Part shown: positions 25,282-36,489 of the stretch, piece after piece
How positions within the stretch are numbered: position 1 is the stretch's first letter
Layout of the letters: the number at the start of each line of letters is the position of its first letter
Source: Botryllus schlosseri
Taxonomy: Eukaryota
Length of the DNA stretch: 64,000 nucleotides
Assembly: GCA_051294905.1 (NCBI GenBank)
Contig: CM119372.1
Coordinates: 9,302,001 to 9,366,000, forward strand
Direction of reading: 5' to 3'
Translations under genes and position numbers: made by a program
The notes under the pieces: generated by a model
Databases searched by the model: none
Seen by the model: the letters and a program-made list of their open reading frames with translations, nothing else
Told to the model about the DNA's origin: nothing

Positions 25282-27459
25282 TCAGCGTTTCAAAATACAT
25301 AACTCCAGAACTTGCTTGCTATCGTAACACAAAAGCGCGGTTCTGCCACTGCGCGTCACGGTCGTAAGCTGCGAAGAATATTTGGCGCAGAACTCCCACC
25401 CTTCGATCAGCGCCTCGTGAAAGCGTTTGTCACCTGCGTATCGGACTATGAGTTGACGCTCCCTCTTGGACTTACAAACCAGATCGCTCTTCCCGTCAAA
25501 GTTAAAATCTCCCTGAAGTAAAACACCGCCGCCGCACCGATCGAAGGATCCGGACCACACTTTTTTAAATCCGGAATTGCTACCATACGATAATTGGTAC
25601 ACTCCGTACGCGTCTAAGCAAACAATGTCCAGACGGCCGTCGCCACTAAAGTCTCCGAATACCCAATTTTCCGTTGTAAAAGCGACGTTACATACGTCGT
25701 CTATGGCTAAGGTCGTTCTCGATGTAGCGAAAATGGCACCTTCGTTGCATTTTCTCGGACCGCAAGGTTCGGTCTCGACAGACGAAGAACATTTACCGCC
25801 GGTACACGTCCTTTTTCTGTACCCTTCACAAGTAGCAGAACATTGAGACCACGGCCCGAACGTTTTCTGGTCAGCGAAACAAGTGTCTAAATCGCATTTT
25901 CGCATTTCAACTTCTTTCAGCGACGACGTGCCGCATGCGGCGACTGCAATATTCACTTCATTTTTACATAATCGCGCTCGAGACTGCAAGCCGGTCCCGC
26001 AAGTCTCTTGACACGCAGACCAGTTGCTCCAATCATGCCACAATCCGTTCTTCTTGCAAATCGGCACGTAACATTTCTTTATCGTGCTTGTCTGCCATCC
26101 GGGGCAAGCGTTTGGGCCGTTCAGACAATATCTATACTGAAATGATATACTTGAACCATCGTTCGTACATGTCTCTTGACAAGGACCAGCTGGACCCCAC
26201 TGACTCCACTCTCCTCCCGGGCAACGTGGCATTGCACAGTCCGATATTTCGAATGAGTCTCCTTTGCAATATTGTGAATATTTGTTTTCTTGGGATACGC
26301 AGTATCGATATCGAGTCTTCTTACCTACTCCGCACGTTTCATCACATCTGCTCCAACTCGACCACGCATTCCATTGTAATGCTGCACCAGAAGTGACATT
26401 AGAACACTTATATAAAGCGTTCAATTCATAAATATCTTCAGCAGAGAAATCGCGCCCCCCTACCACTTCGCCGGTGAAAGACTTTATAACATCTACATAG
26501 CGTTTTGTTGAAAAACTGTCCCCGGTGTAATGCATAATTGAACCGAAATCATACTTCGAGTTGAAATCTTGAACCTCATACCTTAATTTCTTTCTAAAAT
26601 TGTGTTTTTGTGTCTCCATAATATTTGCCCAATCAATTTCTACGTACGCATCTCGGTCTGGGCGCGCCTGTTCATGGTAGAATCCAAGTGCGTGCACAAT
26701 CTCGTGCTTTATCACAGGTAGACCGCATATTGGATTCAATCTGATAACCCCCGCTTTGGCTTCGTCCAATAATAATCGGCCTATGTTGGCTGAACACTTC
26801 ACGTCCTTTTGAAATTTCAAATGCATACCTATATGTCCGCTCGTGATCTTTTCGAATTTTATGCAACTAAAAGCTTCAATAGAGGCTAATGACTGCATAA
26901 TCAAGTACTCCTGATCATCCACGAGATTACTTGCCAAATCATATTTAACAACATATTTCCCTCCAACGATTTGACGGTCGTGGATTCTGTGTCCCTTGAC
27001 AGCGGATCCTACAAACGTAGCAAAGTCTTCTTCTGTAGATATGTAACCATACTCCTCCATCATGTTTGGTACTTCAAACTCTTCAAATTGAATGTCGCCT
27101 TGGAAAATGCCCTCCTGCGCACAAGCACATTCTGCCGGACAGCCTGTTTCGTCGGCGGCGAATCCAAATGGACATTGTTCTGAACAGAGCGTAACATCAA
27201 AACTACAACGAGACATAGCGCACATATATACATCTTGGACAGAAGGGGATGGTATGTCACAGCTAAAATCGGAATTGGTATCGATGTTTACAGTTCTTGC
27301 CGAGTTGGACGTCGAAAAGATGGCGATCGCAGCAGCACTGCCGCATAGCAATATGCTTACAACTAAAATCTTCGCATTCGTGCTCAGAATCGCCGGCGGA
27401 TGACCATGTTTGTTTTTCAACGATGCACGAGTTGAGTGCTTGTTTGCAGTTTTCGTCAT
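25282..27459 (-). CDS. Intronless astacin-family zinc metalloprotease (signal anchor, antistasin-like, astacin, 3-4 TSP1, FG-GAP-like repeats)
   Basis: 725-aa ORF; IFQGDI prodomain motif, HEIVHALGFYHEQARPDRD zinc motif, SIMHY Met-turn, WSSWSRCDETCG TSP1 repeats, GDFSGDGRLDIVC and GDFNFDGKSDLVC. Confidence 0.92.
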   Translation of the reverse strand: MTKTANKHSTRASLKNKHGHPPAILSTNAKILVVSILLCGSAAAIAIFSTSNSARTVNIDTNSDFSCDIPSPSVQDVYMCAMSRCSFDVTLCSEQCPFGFAADETGCPAECACAQEGIFQGDIQFEEFEVPNMMEEYGYISTEEDFATFVGSAVKGHRIHDRQIVGGKYVVKYDLASNLVDDQEYLIMQSLASIEAFSCIKFEKITSGHIGMHLKFQKDVKCSANIGRLLLDEAKAGVIRLNPICGLPVIKHEIVHALGFYHEQARPDRDAYVEIDWANIMETQKHNFRKKLRYEVQDFNSKYDFGSIMHYTGDSFSTKRYVDVIKSFTGEVVGGRDFSAEDIYELNALYKCSNVTSGAALQWNAWSSWSRCDETCGVGKKTRYRYCVSQENKYSQYCKGDSFEISDCAMPRCPGGEWSQWGPAGPCQETCTNDGSSISFQYRYCLNGPNACPGWQTSTIKKCYVPICKKNGLWHDWSNWSACQETCGTGLQSRARLCKNEVNIAVAACGTSSLKEVEMRKCDLDTCFADQKTFGPWSQCSATCEGYRKRTCTGGKCSSSVETEPCGPRKCNEGAIFATSRTTLAIDDVCNVAFTTENWVFGDFSGDGRLDIVCLDAYGVYQLSYGSNSGFKKVWSGSFDRCGGGVLLQGDFNFDGKSDLVCKSKRERQLIVRYAGDKRFHEALIEGWEFCAKYSSQLTTVTRSGRTALLCYDSKQVLELCILKR

Positions 27460-27835
27460 AGCCTTTTAGTTTGAGCATGCACTACATACATAGCTAGAGA
27501 AGTGAAAAAGATAGCATACCGTTAAAAAGTGACAGTCAAGCTTTTCAAGTAGCAGTAGCAGTTTCCTGCTAATCCAAATCACAGTTAACAGAATAGCACT
27601 TAAGCATACACACTACACAGCCTTCACATTCAGTTCATTTATCCCTGTAGTTCCCTGGTGTGTTTCATTATTCGAGAAACCAGATCCACTACAGTGGAGT
27701 CTCAACCAGACCACATCACATTCGTGACAATAGCAGTCTAAGCTTATCCTCAACCACGACCCGATTTGAGTGAATGACATATGCGGATGCAAAATTAGAT
27801 CCAAATTTGTCATGAAGGGCATTGGGGGCATTGGG

Positions 27836-29009
27836 CATAGGCGCCGAACCTGGGTATGCAAGGTATGCCAGGCATACCTAGACATTTTTTTAGGTATGCG
27901 GCATACCTAGAATTCGGTTTGGCATGAATCGGCATAAGCCCCGATAGTGATATTTAGAATGAATCGCAATGTATTTCCGTTTACGACATTACCTGCTGCC
28001 GCTTATGTGAGCGAGGTAACCCGTTGCGCGCGGCCAATTAGCGGCAAGCGCGTTGCCAATTAGCGAGATTTGTCTGTGCACAATGTAACGCGACGCGACG
28101 CGATCTCCCGCTGAGATGATCACGAAATTGTGTCATTGATTGCCGTGCGCTCGGCAATCATCGCTTGGGACGCTTGCCTGATTTGTCGCGTCTCCGACAA
28201 GCCTAGTTTCACTCGCTTGAGCATTATGAACAATCACATCAGCAGTAGGCCCAGTGCCATCGCTGCCTGCACTATCGCATGTGCATTGGCGCACGCGATA
28301 TTATCGCTTGCCTACACAATCGCATCTGCAATAGGCCTGGTACGAGAGATATCATCGCTGGCCAACTGTCGCGTCTAGAGCCGAGCATGCGTTGGCTCCC
28401 ATCTCTCGAGCCTAGCATGCGTTGCCTCCAATCTTTCGATGGCTTGGTGACAATGCCGTTAGGTGTTTGTTGGTTAGCGATTGTAATTAAAGAGCGACAT
28501 CGCTGAACTGAATGATAACGAATGTCCGCAGACATGTGCGATTGTGAGTGCGCCGTGCATGCGTAAGTGAATTCCGCTAATACCTAAACATAACCATCAA
28601 AAGATGTGTGTCAACTGTCAAGGTTTGAGTTGTAAAAGACGAGAAAGGTTTGAACAACCTAAAATCGGTGCCATTATAGAACAGATTCCAAAACAACTCG
28701 GACATTTTGCCTTGCGCAAATCGTCGCCGAGGTTACGTAATACGCGTTGATAAGCGGCGTATTTAATTGTTCGCTAGCGATCAGGGACTCGCTAATTGAC
28801 AGCACTTCCGGACTCGTTGACAAGCTTATCATACGCGCAAGTTTGTTAACACGAAGATATTGCATAATCGGCATTTATGCATGCACTTAACCCTCATGGA
28901 ATTGATGCTACATTATCCCTAATTATCAATTCCGTCAGATCATGACGTCATTCCTTTGTGACGTCATCGAACTCGCATACCTAAGGAAAATTAGCGTTCG
29001 GCGCCTATG
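27836..29009. mobile_element. hAT-type non-autonomous element
   Basis: TIR CATAGGCGCCGAAC...GTTCGGCGCCTATG, GCATACC subterminal motifs, perfect TSD GCATTGGG. Confidence 0.88.
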
Positions 29010-29452
29010 GCATTGGGCACTTCTGTAACTATACTCCATTACCGGATTTTCTTCAGGCTTATAGAAAGATGAACAGAAAAGTTTTAAGGCTAGGCTAGAC
29101 GACTCTGCCTGTATGATCATAACTTCAATCATAATTAATGGTTAATTAGTTTACAGTTGTGGTTTGATATCGGCGAGTTTAGAAGTAATTATTTTTAAAC
29201 TTAAGAATACATTTGCACTTTTTCGACTAGATTAGCGGTCAATTGTGACGCAGGCTATACCTCCAATATAACTGCTAAAAAGTAACAGTTGAAAATCACA
29301 GTGAAAATCCCGAAAATAGCAGTTCGTAACTGCTACTGCAAAATATCGCTTAAACGCAGCTCTTGTAGGCAGGCCCACGGTACCGTATACCGGTACATCT
29401 ATGTTCTACACGAACCTGTACCACCGACGTCTATAAATGTCGAGTGTGGCAT

Positions 29453-29480
29453 TATGGAATGTGACTAGTCACATTCTATA
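29453..29480. mobile_element. 28-bp palindromic remnant, probable P-superfamily excision footprint
   Basis: TATGGAATGTGACTAGTCACATTCTATA flanked by the 7-bp direct repeat GTGGCAT. Confidence 0.6.
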
Positions 29481-29963
29481 GTGGCATCTATATCGGAGAT
29501 TCATTTTTTTCTACTCCCTCCACCAGAATCGAACGGGTACACAGCCTCCAAAACTCACTTAGGTTACAGCACCACAGCAGTATGTTTATGCTCTTCGCCA
29601 AAGAATGTAGGACAATAAGTGTGGGGAATTGTTTCGTCACACCATTGTTGCACAGCGGCAGCCATTTGGTCAGAAAATACCAAAAACAAGCAGCATGAGC
29701 CTGTTAGTGCGGCAATAGTTTACGGTACCATTAACTATAGATAACTAGTTAGTTATCTATATATTAGCAGTAACATTATCGAATGTAAACAATGTTTACT
29801 AAATTAAAATAAGGTCAGGCTCCGGACTTTGACGAAAAATCACCCTCAACATCTGAAATCTGCATTGTTAAAAAAATCGGATTACTGCAAAACAATGATC
29901 CATTGCGGCTCTCCGACTGTTCGGACAATGTCGATATTTCATACTTGGAGGGCGGATACTGGG

Positions 29964-30478
29964 TAGGGCTGGGCACAATGATTCGAGTACTCGAATCTGA
30001 ATCGAGTATTAATTTTGATGATTCGAGTCGAGTAGTAAAAGACAATTTTTTCGAGTACTGAAATTATACGCTCCTCGCAACTGAAAGTTAATTTACTAAC
30101 GAGAGTTATAGTTTTGGTAATATTTTCCAACGAGGAAGCATTAAAACCTTGATTGGCGGCATCTCAGCATACGAGACATAGTACAAAGCTAGGAACGTTA
30201 CTGGAACTAACACATTTCCGAAGTCCTGATCATCCCACCACATTGTCAAGAAGTGCAATGAAATCGGGATGGTCGAAAAAATACCAAAGCATCTTCAATG
30301 TGACGGATAAGAGGCATTATGTTCTTCGTGGTGACGTAAAAGATACATATTTTAACTTTGACATAATACATTCGGTTGTGACGTCATAATGAGTGATACT
30401 CGAATACTCGACTCGACTCGGAGCATTTTACGTGATTCAGAATCGAATCACCCAGGTACTCGATTCTGCCCAGCCCTA
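29964..30478. mobile_element. hAT MITE
   Basis: TIR TAGGGCTGGGCA...TGCCCAGCCCTA, ACTCGA subterminal repeats, perfect TSD ATACTGGG. Confidence 0.9.
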
Positions 30479-30809
30479 ATACTGGGTGGTTTGGTACCTG
30501 ATCATATTTTAATTTATATTTCCTGTTCAATGTGTGGTATTCGCCTCAGCCGATATGACTATATTTTCTAAAATATGCTCATTTTCTCTTAGCCTACTAA
30601 TTTTATTTAAACGCAGGCCTGCAGCGACAAGAAAATTTTCAAGTTCAACAAACAACCAACGAAATGATTTCGCGCCCCTTCAAGATCCTCCCGATTGGAG
30701 GTTGGGGGGGGGGAGGATGCGACAGTTACGGCCCTTGAAAATCGTATGACTGTTCTGTACTTCCGCTACTGTTCCACGCATAGATGTTGGTACTACCAGT
30801 CCATCAACT

Positions 30810-31281
30810 CGTCGCGATCGTCGTGGTCCTTGGGTTTGGAATGCGCCAGGTTTCAATTTCTATTGATTCTAGAAATGTACAACATCGAAAAGCAGGACAG
30901 CTGAGGATCTTCCCAATAGAACGGCGAGACAAGCGAACTCTTCATGACTTGATTCGCACCGAAGTAGAACTGGGCACAATCATTCATACCGATGAATGGC
31001 GCGGCTTCTGTGGTCTGAGCAGTATCGGATATCATCACGATACTGTTACTCACACCGGTAGCTTTGTGGCGCCTGATTCTGGTGCGCATACTCAGTGTAT
31101 CGAGACATCTTGGGGTCCGCTCAAAAATAATATACTAGGTATGATGCGAGGGACGTCCCCGGCGTTGTTTCCCTCGCATTTAGCGGAGGCTTGGTTTCGT
31201 TCCCTTACTTTGGATCGATGGGATGTGTATAATCTGTCGATTGAGACGATACCCCAGGAATACCCAACGCATAGTGGCTGA
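30810..31281 (+). pseudogene. Decayed Merlin/IS1016 (ISXO2-like DDE) transposase fragment
   Basis: RDKRTLHDLI...GTIIHTDEWRGF...HDTVTH...FVAPDSGAHTQCIETSWG...HLAEAWFR; the upstream GPWV(F)GM motif is frameshifted and the N-terminal catalytic D region is missing. Confidence 0.85.
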
Positions 31282-31518
31282 TAGTCCTACCCGAAAAAGC
31301 AAGAGAGCTTGGGAACGAGAGTGAGAACCACTGGCTTATAGACTCTATCCAGTCTAAGGCGAGATAAGCGGACACTAATGGCTTATTCTTGCCCAGAGTG
31401 AACTGGGTACAATCAGTAGCCCTTCTTTGGGCTACCCCTAATTTTTGGTGGCAATGCTGCAAGCCCTCCCGTGGCGCCACTGTTACGCTCGAATCGAGCT
31501 ACCGATTGCAACGCACAT

Positions 31519-31678
31519 GTAGAAGTAACGGTGGAAGTAGCAAGTGGAAATAGAAATGGAAGTAGGAAGTAGCAAGTGGAAGTAGAAATGGAAGTAGGAA
31601 GTAGCACGTGGAAGTAGAAAATGGAAGTAGGAAGTAGCACGTGGAAGTAGAAATGGAATAGCACGGGGAACTAGAAGC
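31519..31678. repeat. (GGAAGTA)-based tandem repeat
   Basis: Repeated GTGGAAGTAGAAATGGAAGTAGGAAGTAGCA units. Confidence 0.8.
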
Positions 31679-34600
31679 TCAAGGCTCACAAAAGTACTTG
31701 AGTAAGTGGTTTATAAAAGCAAAATTGGTTGAGGCTATTATCAGTTAATCGGAAGTGGCTGCTTTCGAAGTAGTGTTGCCTAATATACTGTTGAACGGCG
31801 AAATCTATTTGAGTACAGCGAAAAAGTATAAGTATAAGACAACACGCTGCTTATATGTGCTCGGCGGCTGTCGGATTACCGACTAAATACTGTTCTACTA
31901 TTCAGGTTCCTTCATCGCTTGCTGAACGCACTAGAACCAAACGATGTAGATTACGTCAAGAACCGAGCGAGATAGTGTAATGGTGATTTGTCCGGCTTTT
32001 CGATCGTGGGTTCGATTCCCCTCAAGGGTAATGGTGGACTTGTGTGGGCTGATCAGATGCCAAGTTTAAAACGCCGAGACGGCCTGCAAGCAAGCGTAGC
32101 GAAATCGATTTGAATGCACCGAAGAAGCAAAAATACTATGAATTTGAATAGTTCTAAGGACGCAAAAACAGTTTTCTCGGCACCAGGTTCAATTCAGCAA
32201 GTTGCTACTGCAAATCATCGGTTTAACACATGACGTCGCAACCTTTTCCCGAATCCGAGTGAGCGAAATAACTTCAGCAATAACATCTGCACTTTTTTTG
32301 GAAAATATATTTCATTCGCACAAACTAACTTAAAATTGTTTTGCAAAAAGAAGATGACGATACTTAACAAAATTTTGTCAAGATGTGCAACAAATTGGCT
32401 AGTCTAGCTTAACCTTAAGCCATCAATCGTATCATTAAAAAGCAACTCTTTTCCATCGTTTTGATGTCAGCTATTTCACTAAAACCCTTGTCGGCCAAAC
32501 AAATTTTTGGGTTTTGTACAAGAACGTCTACTAGTGCTTGGATGGCCAGGTATTAAAAACTGTTCTGCACTCCTATCCAAAATGCAGCGTATGTACCGAG
32601 AGTGAAAAATGCTTGCTGGCAAAAATCGTTTTTGAGAGATGACACGAAGGTCCCGGGGGTTTCAGTTTGTCGAAACGGTGAAAAATCCTCATGTTTGTGT
32701 TGAGTCTTTTGCCTGATATCTTGGAAAATAAGGTCAGAAACGATCAAGGAGAGTAGGCACATTGGAGCTCGCTAGATACGTTGCTAAAACTTGTGTTCAG
32801 TTTTTTATACGATTTCCCATTTTGTCTCGTGAGTAAATGAGAAGAGCAATGAAAGTCACGATATCGTGTGTTCGGCTCTTTAGCTTTAAAGTTCATAACA
32901 GTTTATTGACCTTAAACCAGCTTTTCAGACTACGACCAAAGTTTGAGTTTTTGTGGCATCTCGCGACCCGAGCCTCACCCACGAACAAGAATTCACTTTT
33001 AATATTACATTAGTATGCTACGATTTTACGGACATGTATGACATATAGAACGCGCACAGCACAATTCTACCAAGCACAGCTCTACGAAACATGTCTGACG
33101 CACGCGATTTCAAATGAGGGTGAATTAAATTCCTCTGCGCGTCTCATTTGTACTACAGTCTACTCAGGTTGCAAGAATGGGACTATTCGGTGCAGACTGC
33201 CGACAATGGAGCATATCCCTATCGAAAGGTTTGGTCATCCAGCGACGGTCATTTTTGGCCAAGGTTTTGTCGCCACTGATGTTTTGGCTCTGCATTTTAT
33301 CAGCGGTGTGTTGGCCAGAACTTCACGTCTTCATGTGCCCCGACGCAGAAGGGTTTGGCCTCGAAATGAATCAGCATCATAGGCCTGAGCTCGTTCGCTG
33401 CACACCCATACACTAGTTCATTCTAACGGTTTTCGACCATGATTTCCAGAAAAAACCAGTCGGACAAATTTTGTCACGAATTCAGACCAAAGGTCGGCAG
33501 ATTCTCATGATCAAGCTATATTTTCTGCGTGTCTCGCTTATTGGCTTTAGTTGGATATCTAAAAACTATCGCCGGATATTTTTCAATAAATTTCACAAAT
33601 AGCATATTACATACATATCTAAAAAATAGCTCTGACACCGCGTCAACTCAAAATTATACCCTTTAAGGCCCATACTTTAATAACACTTGAAGGGGTAAAA
33701 AATTTCGTTACAGTAACTCATAAATGTGAGTCTGTGTGTATGTGTGTATGTGTGTATGTGAGTCTGTGAGTCGGTATTTACTACTATCCTCGTGCCTCGC
33801 ACTAATCGAACAGTTATTACGATATTATGATGATTGTTCAGCGAAAGAAAGCAGAAAGTCAATTTGACGTCATTTTTCCAGCCTGTCGCCGGCTCAGACG
33901 GGCTGATACACTGAATATCTCTCACTACACCGGCTTTCAAACCAGGCTTTTCGTTACGTATCAATTATAGTGCGATAATATTAATTCACTATACGGTTTG
34001 TGAGAGACTAAGTTATTGTTAAAGCTACGATTAGTGGTGCGTCGTAAGTCAAACAAGTTTTTACAATTGCGTCGCAACTACAAAAGTTAGGGGGGCACTG
34101 CCTTGAATTTCCGATTAGGTTTATTTGAATTATTTCACGTCAGAAATATTAACAATTATTGACGATTTTCATTTGCACCACCTTCGTCATTCGCACTGCA
34201 ATATTTTTTCATTCGCACAAGTGCGTACCATCCCACGGGTTGAAAAGCACTGCATATAAGAGCCAGGGCATGCTGGTATGGTATGGAATGGAATGGAAAT
34301 GTTCCATACTCCATACCCGCCCCAATCGTTTCATACCATACTTAACAATTTTCCATACCATAGCAACATTCTTCAATACCATATTTCATACTTTTTCCAT
34401 ACTTTCGCAACTTGCCCAACCTCTCAAGTGATAATCTATTTTTGATGCGTGGAAATGTCCCGGCGTTTAAATTTTAAATATATTGGATGAAATTATCCAT
34501 TTAAACAGCCCTGATGCATCAATGTTTCTTTATATCATATGTCGTCAGTGATGTAGGTTGCCTAATCATCGAAGAGGGAGCGTATAATATATACACACGG

Positions 34601-35545
34601 GATTAGTTGGAAATCACGACAGAACAGTGGTTCCCAACCGGGGGGAATTCCCCCCTTGGTGGGAATTTTGAAATTTTTAGGGAGGAATTTTGCTTTAGAA
34701 TTGTAACGGATTTACCAACTGTTTCGTTTCCGAACTGTCAAGTAGTCAACTAGTTATTTCCGAGCGCATGTTCTTTTTGGCTGTTAACGCAATAAATACG
34801 CTTGATTTACAGAGTTGAGTAAAACTGTATTCGCAATGATGAAAGGACGGTATTTTTTAGTCTCGCTCGAAGCCGTAAGGATTCACCGGTCTAGAGTTGC
34901 GCAGTAGGCTAGTGCGGGACCATTAGTCACGTGCATATCCGCGCAAGGACACATCACGACATATAAACGTTTCGCAAAATCTTCGAAACCGTAAAGTGTG
35001 CTCCGAGAAAGATCGACGGGGACAACACTTAGAATCCAAAATGACCGAAAAATGTTTACCGAAACCGTCGATGTTGACCTAACTGCGCGGCTCCGAAATA
35101 ACGGCTACGAATAGTCCTGCTCTTAAATCGGAGACCAACGGTACAAATGTGACCCGACGAGGAAAACGCATCACCCAATCAAGAAATACGAATTTGGAAT
35201 CTTTCGAGTAGCCTATAGCGACAATTTTATCGGAGGTCACGAAATAACATCATGCTTCAACTAAGTGGAAAATTATTTGATCGTCGATTCTATAGACCGA
35301 TTGACTCTTTCGTCAATTCAATTAAAAGTACCTGTCTACAGGCTCACTCAAGAAATATAAAGTGAAGACACCAATTATATTGTTGATAAAATCATGCTTT
35401 GTAAGTTATGTCTGTACCGTAGCAAGTCATGATGACGTGGTAAGGCTAAAAAGTACCCTCCTTACACATGAGAAGTTTGGTACCTATGATGAAAATTGAG
35501 AAGCAGATAAAGCGGATGTAATATTACGACGAATGTCTTTTGCAG

Positions 35546-35757
35546 ACCAGACAACAGACCGGCTTAAACGACCGAGAACCGCCTACACTATGTTTCAAAC
35601 TTTGGAATTGGAGAAGGAATTTCACTTTAACCAATATCTGACGAGGCGCAGAAGAATCGAGATCGCTCAAGATCTCAGTCTCACCGAGCGACAAATCAAA
35701 ATCTGGTTTCAGAACCGAAGAATGAAATGGAAAAAGTCGAACACATATTGTGTGTGA
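35546..35757 (+). CDS. Antp-class central Hox homeobox exon (closest to paralogy group 5); upstream exon not located
   Basis: Acceptor tcttttgcag|[59 protein letters not shown]. Confidence 0.9.
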
Positions 35758-35811
35758 CTTGTTCAGATGAAAAATATATCCCAACGCGTGGTCTGCTCGT
35801 TATTGCAACTG

Positions 35812-36268
35812 TAGGTTGAGGTGGGGTGTTAGGGTTGGGTAGGGTAGGGGGAGGGAGACATCAGGGTTCGGGGAGTGGGACATTGGGTTCGGGTAGGATA
35901 CTAGGGTTGGGGGAGGTGGGATAGTAGGGTTGGTGGAGGTGGGATATCAGGGTTAGGGTTAGGGTTAGGATATTGGGGTTGCCGGAGGTGGGATATTAGG
36001 GTTGTTGGAGGGGGGATATTAGGGTTGGGGTATGATATTAGGGTTAGGTTTAGGATATTAGGGTTGGGGGAGGGGGGATATTAGGGTTGGGGGAGGGGGG
36101 ATATTAGGGTTGCCGGAGGTGGGATATTAGGGTTAGGGTTAGGATATTAGGGTTGCCGGAGGTGGGATATTAGGGTTGGGGCGGGGGGATATTAAGGTTG
36201 GGGTAGGATATTAGGGTTGGGGGAGGGGGATATTAGGGTTGCCGGAGGTGGGATATTAGGGTTGCCAA
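35812..36268. repeat. G-rich TTAGGG-containing minisatellite
   Basis: About 20 variable units GGGATATTAGGGTTG(CCGGAGGT/GGGGAG) interspersed with short (TTAGGG)n runs. Confidence 0.9.
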
Positions 36269-36370
36269 AATTGTTCGAGGGCCGCATTCACCGAGGTCCA
36301 GAGTAGTCGAAAAACACCATGAATACCATAACAAGTAGACCACGCGTGCTTGATATACAAAATTTCCCCA

Positions 36371-36480
36371 GGGCCGGGTTCCCCGAGATCCGGGTTCTCC
36401 GAGGGCCGGGTTCTCCGAGGTCCGGGTTCTCCGAGGGCCGAGTTTGTAAGGCCGGGTTCTCCAAGGTCCGGGTTCTCTGG
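36371..36480. repeat. ~16-bp tandem repeat CCGGGTTCTCCGAGG(G/T)
   Basis: About six imperfect copies. Confidence 0.8.
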
Positions 36481-36489
36481 TAATCGCCG

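Noticed and set aside
25312..27478. Short ORFs overlapping the astacin CDS
   Set aside because: Antisense or alternative-frame shadows of a well-supported gene.
32530..32555. AWM as the Hox hexapeptide exon
   Set aside because: Not YPWM-like, no supporting upstream ORF, and donor phase does not fit the homeobox exon.
35812..36268. True telomere
   Set aside because: Internal position and a 23-bp-type variable unit rather than a pure TTAGGG array.
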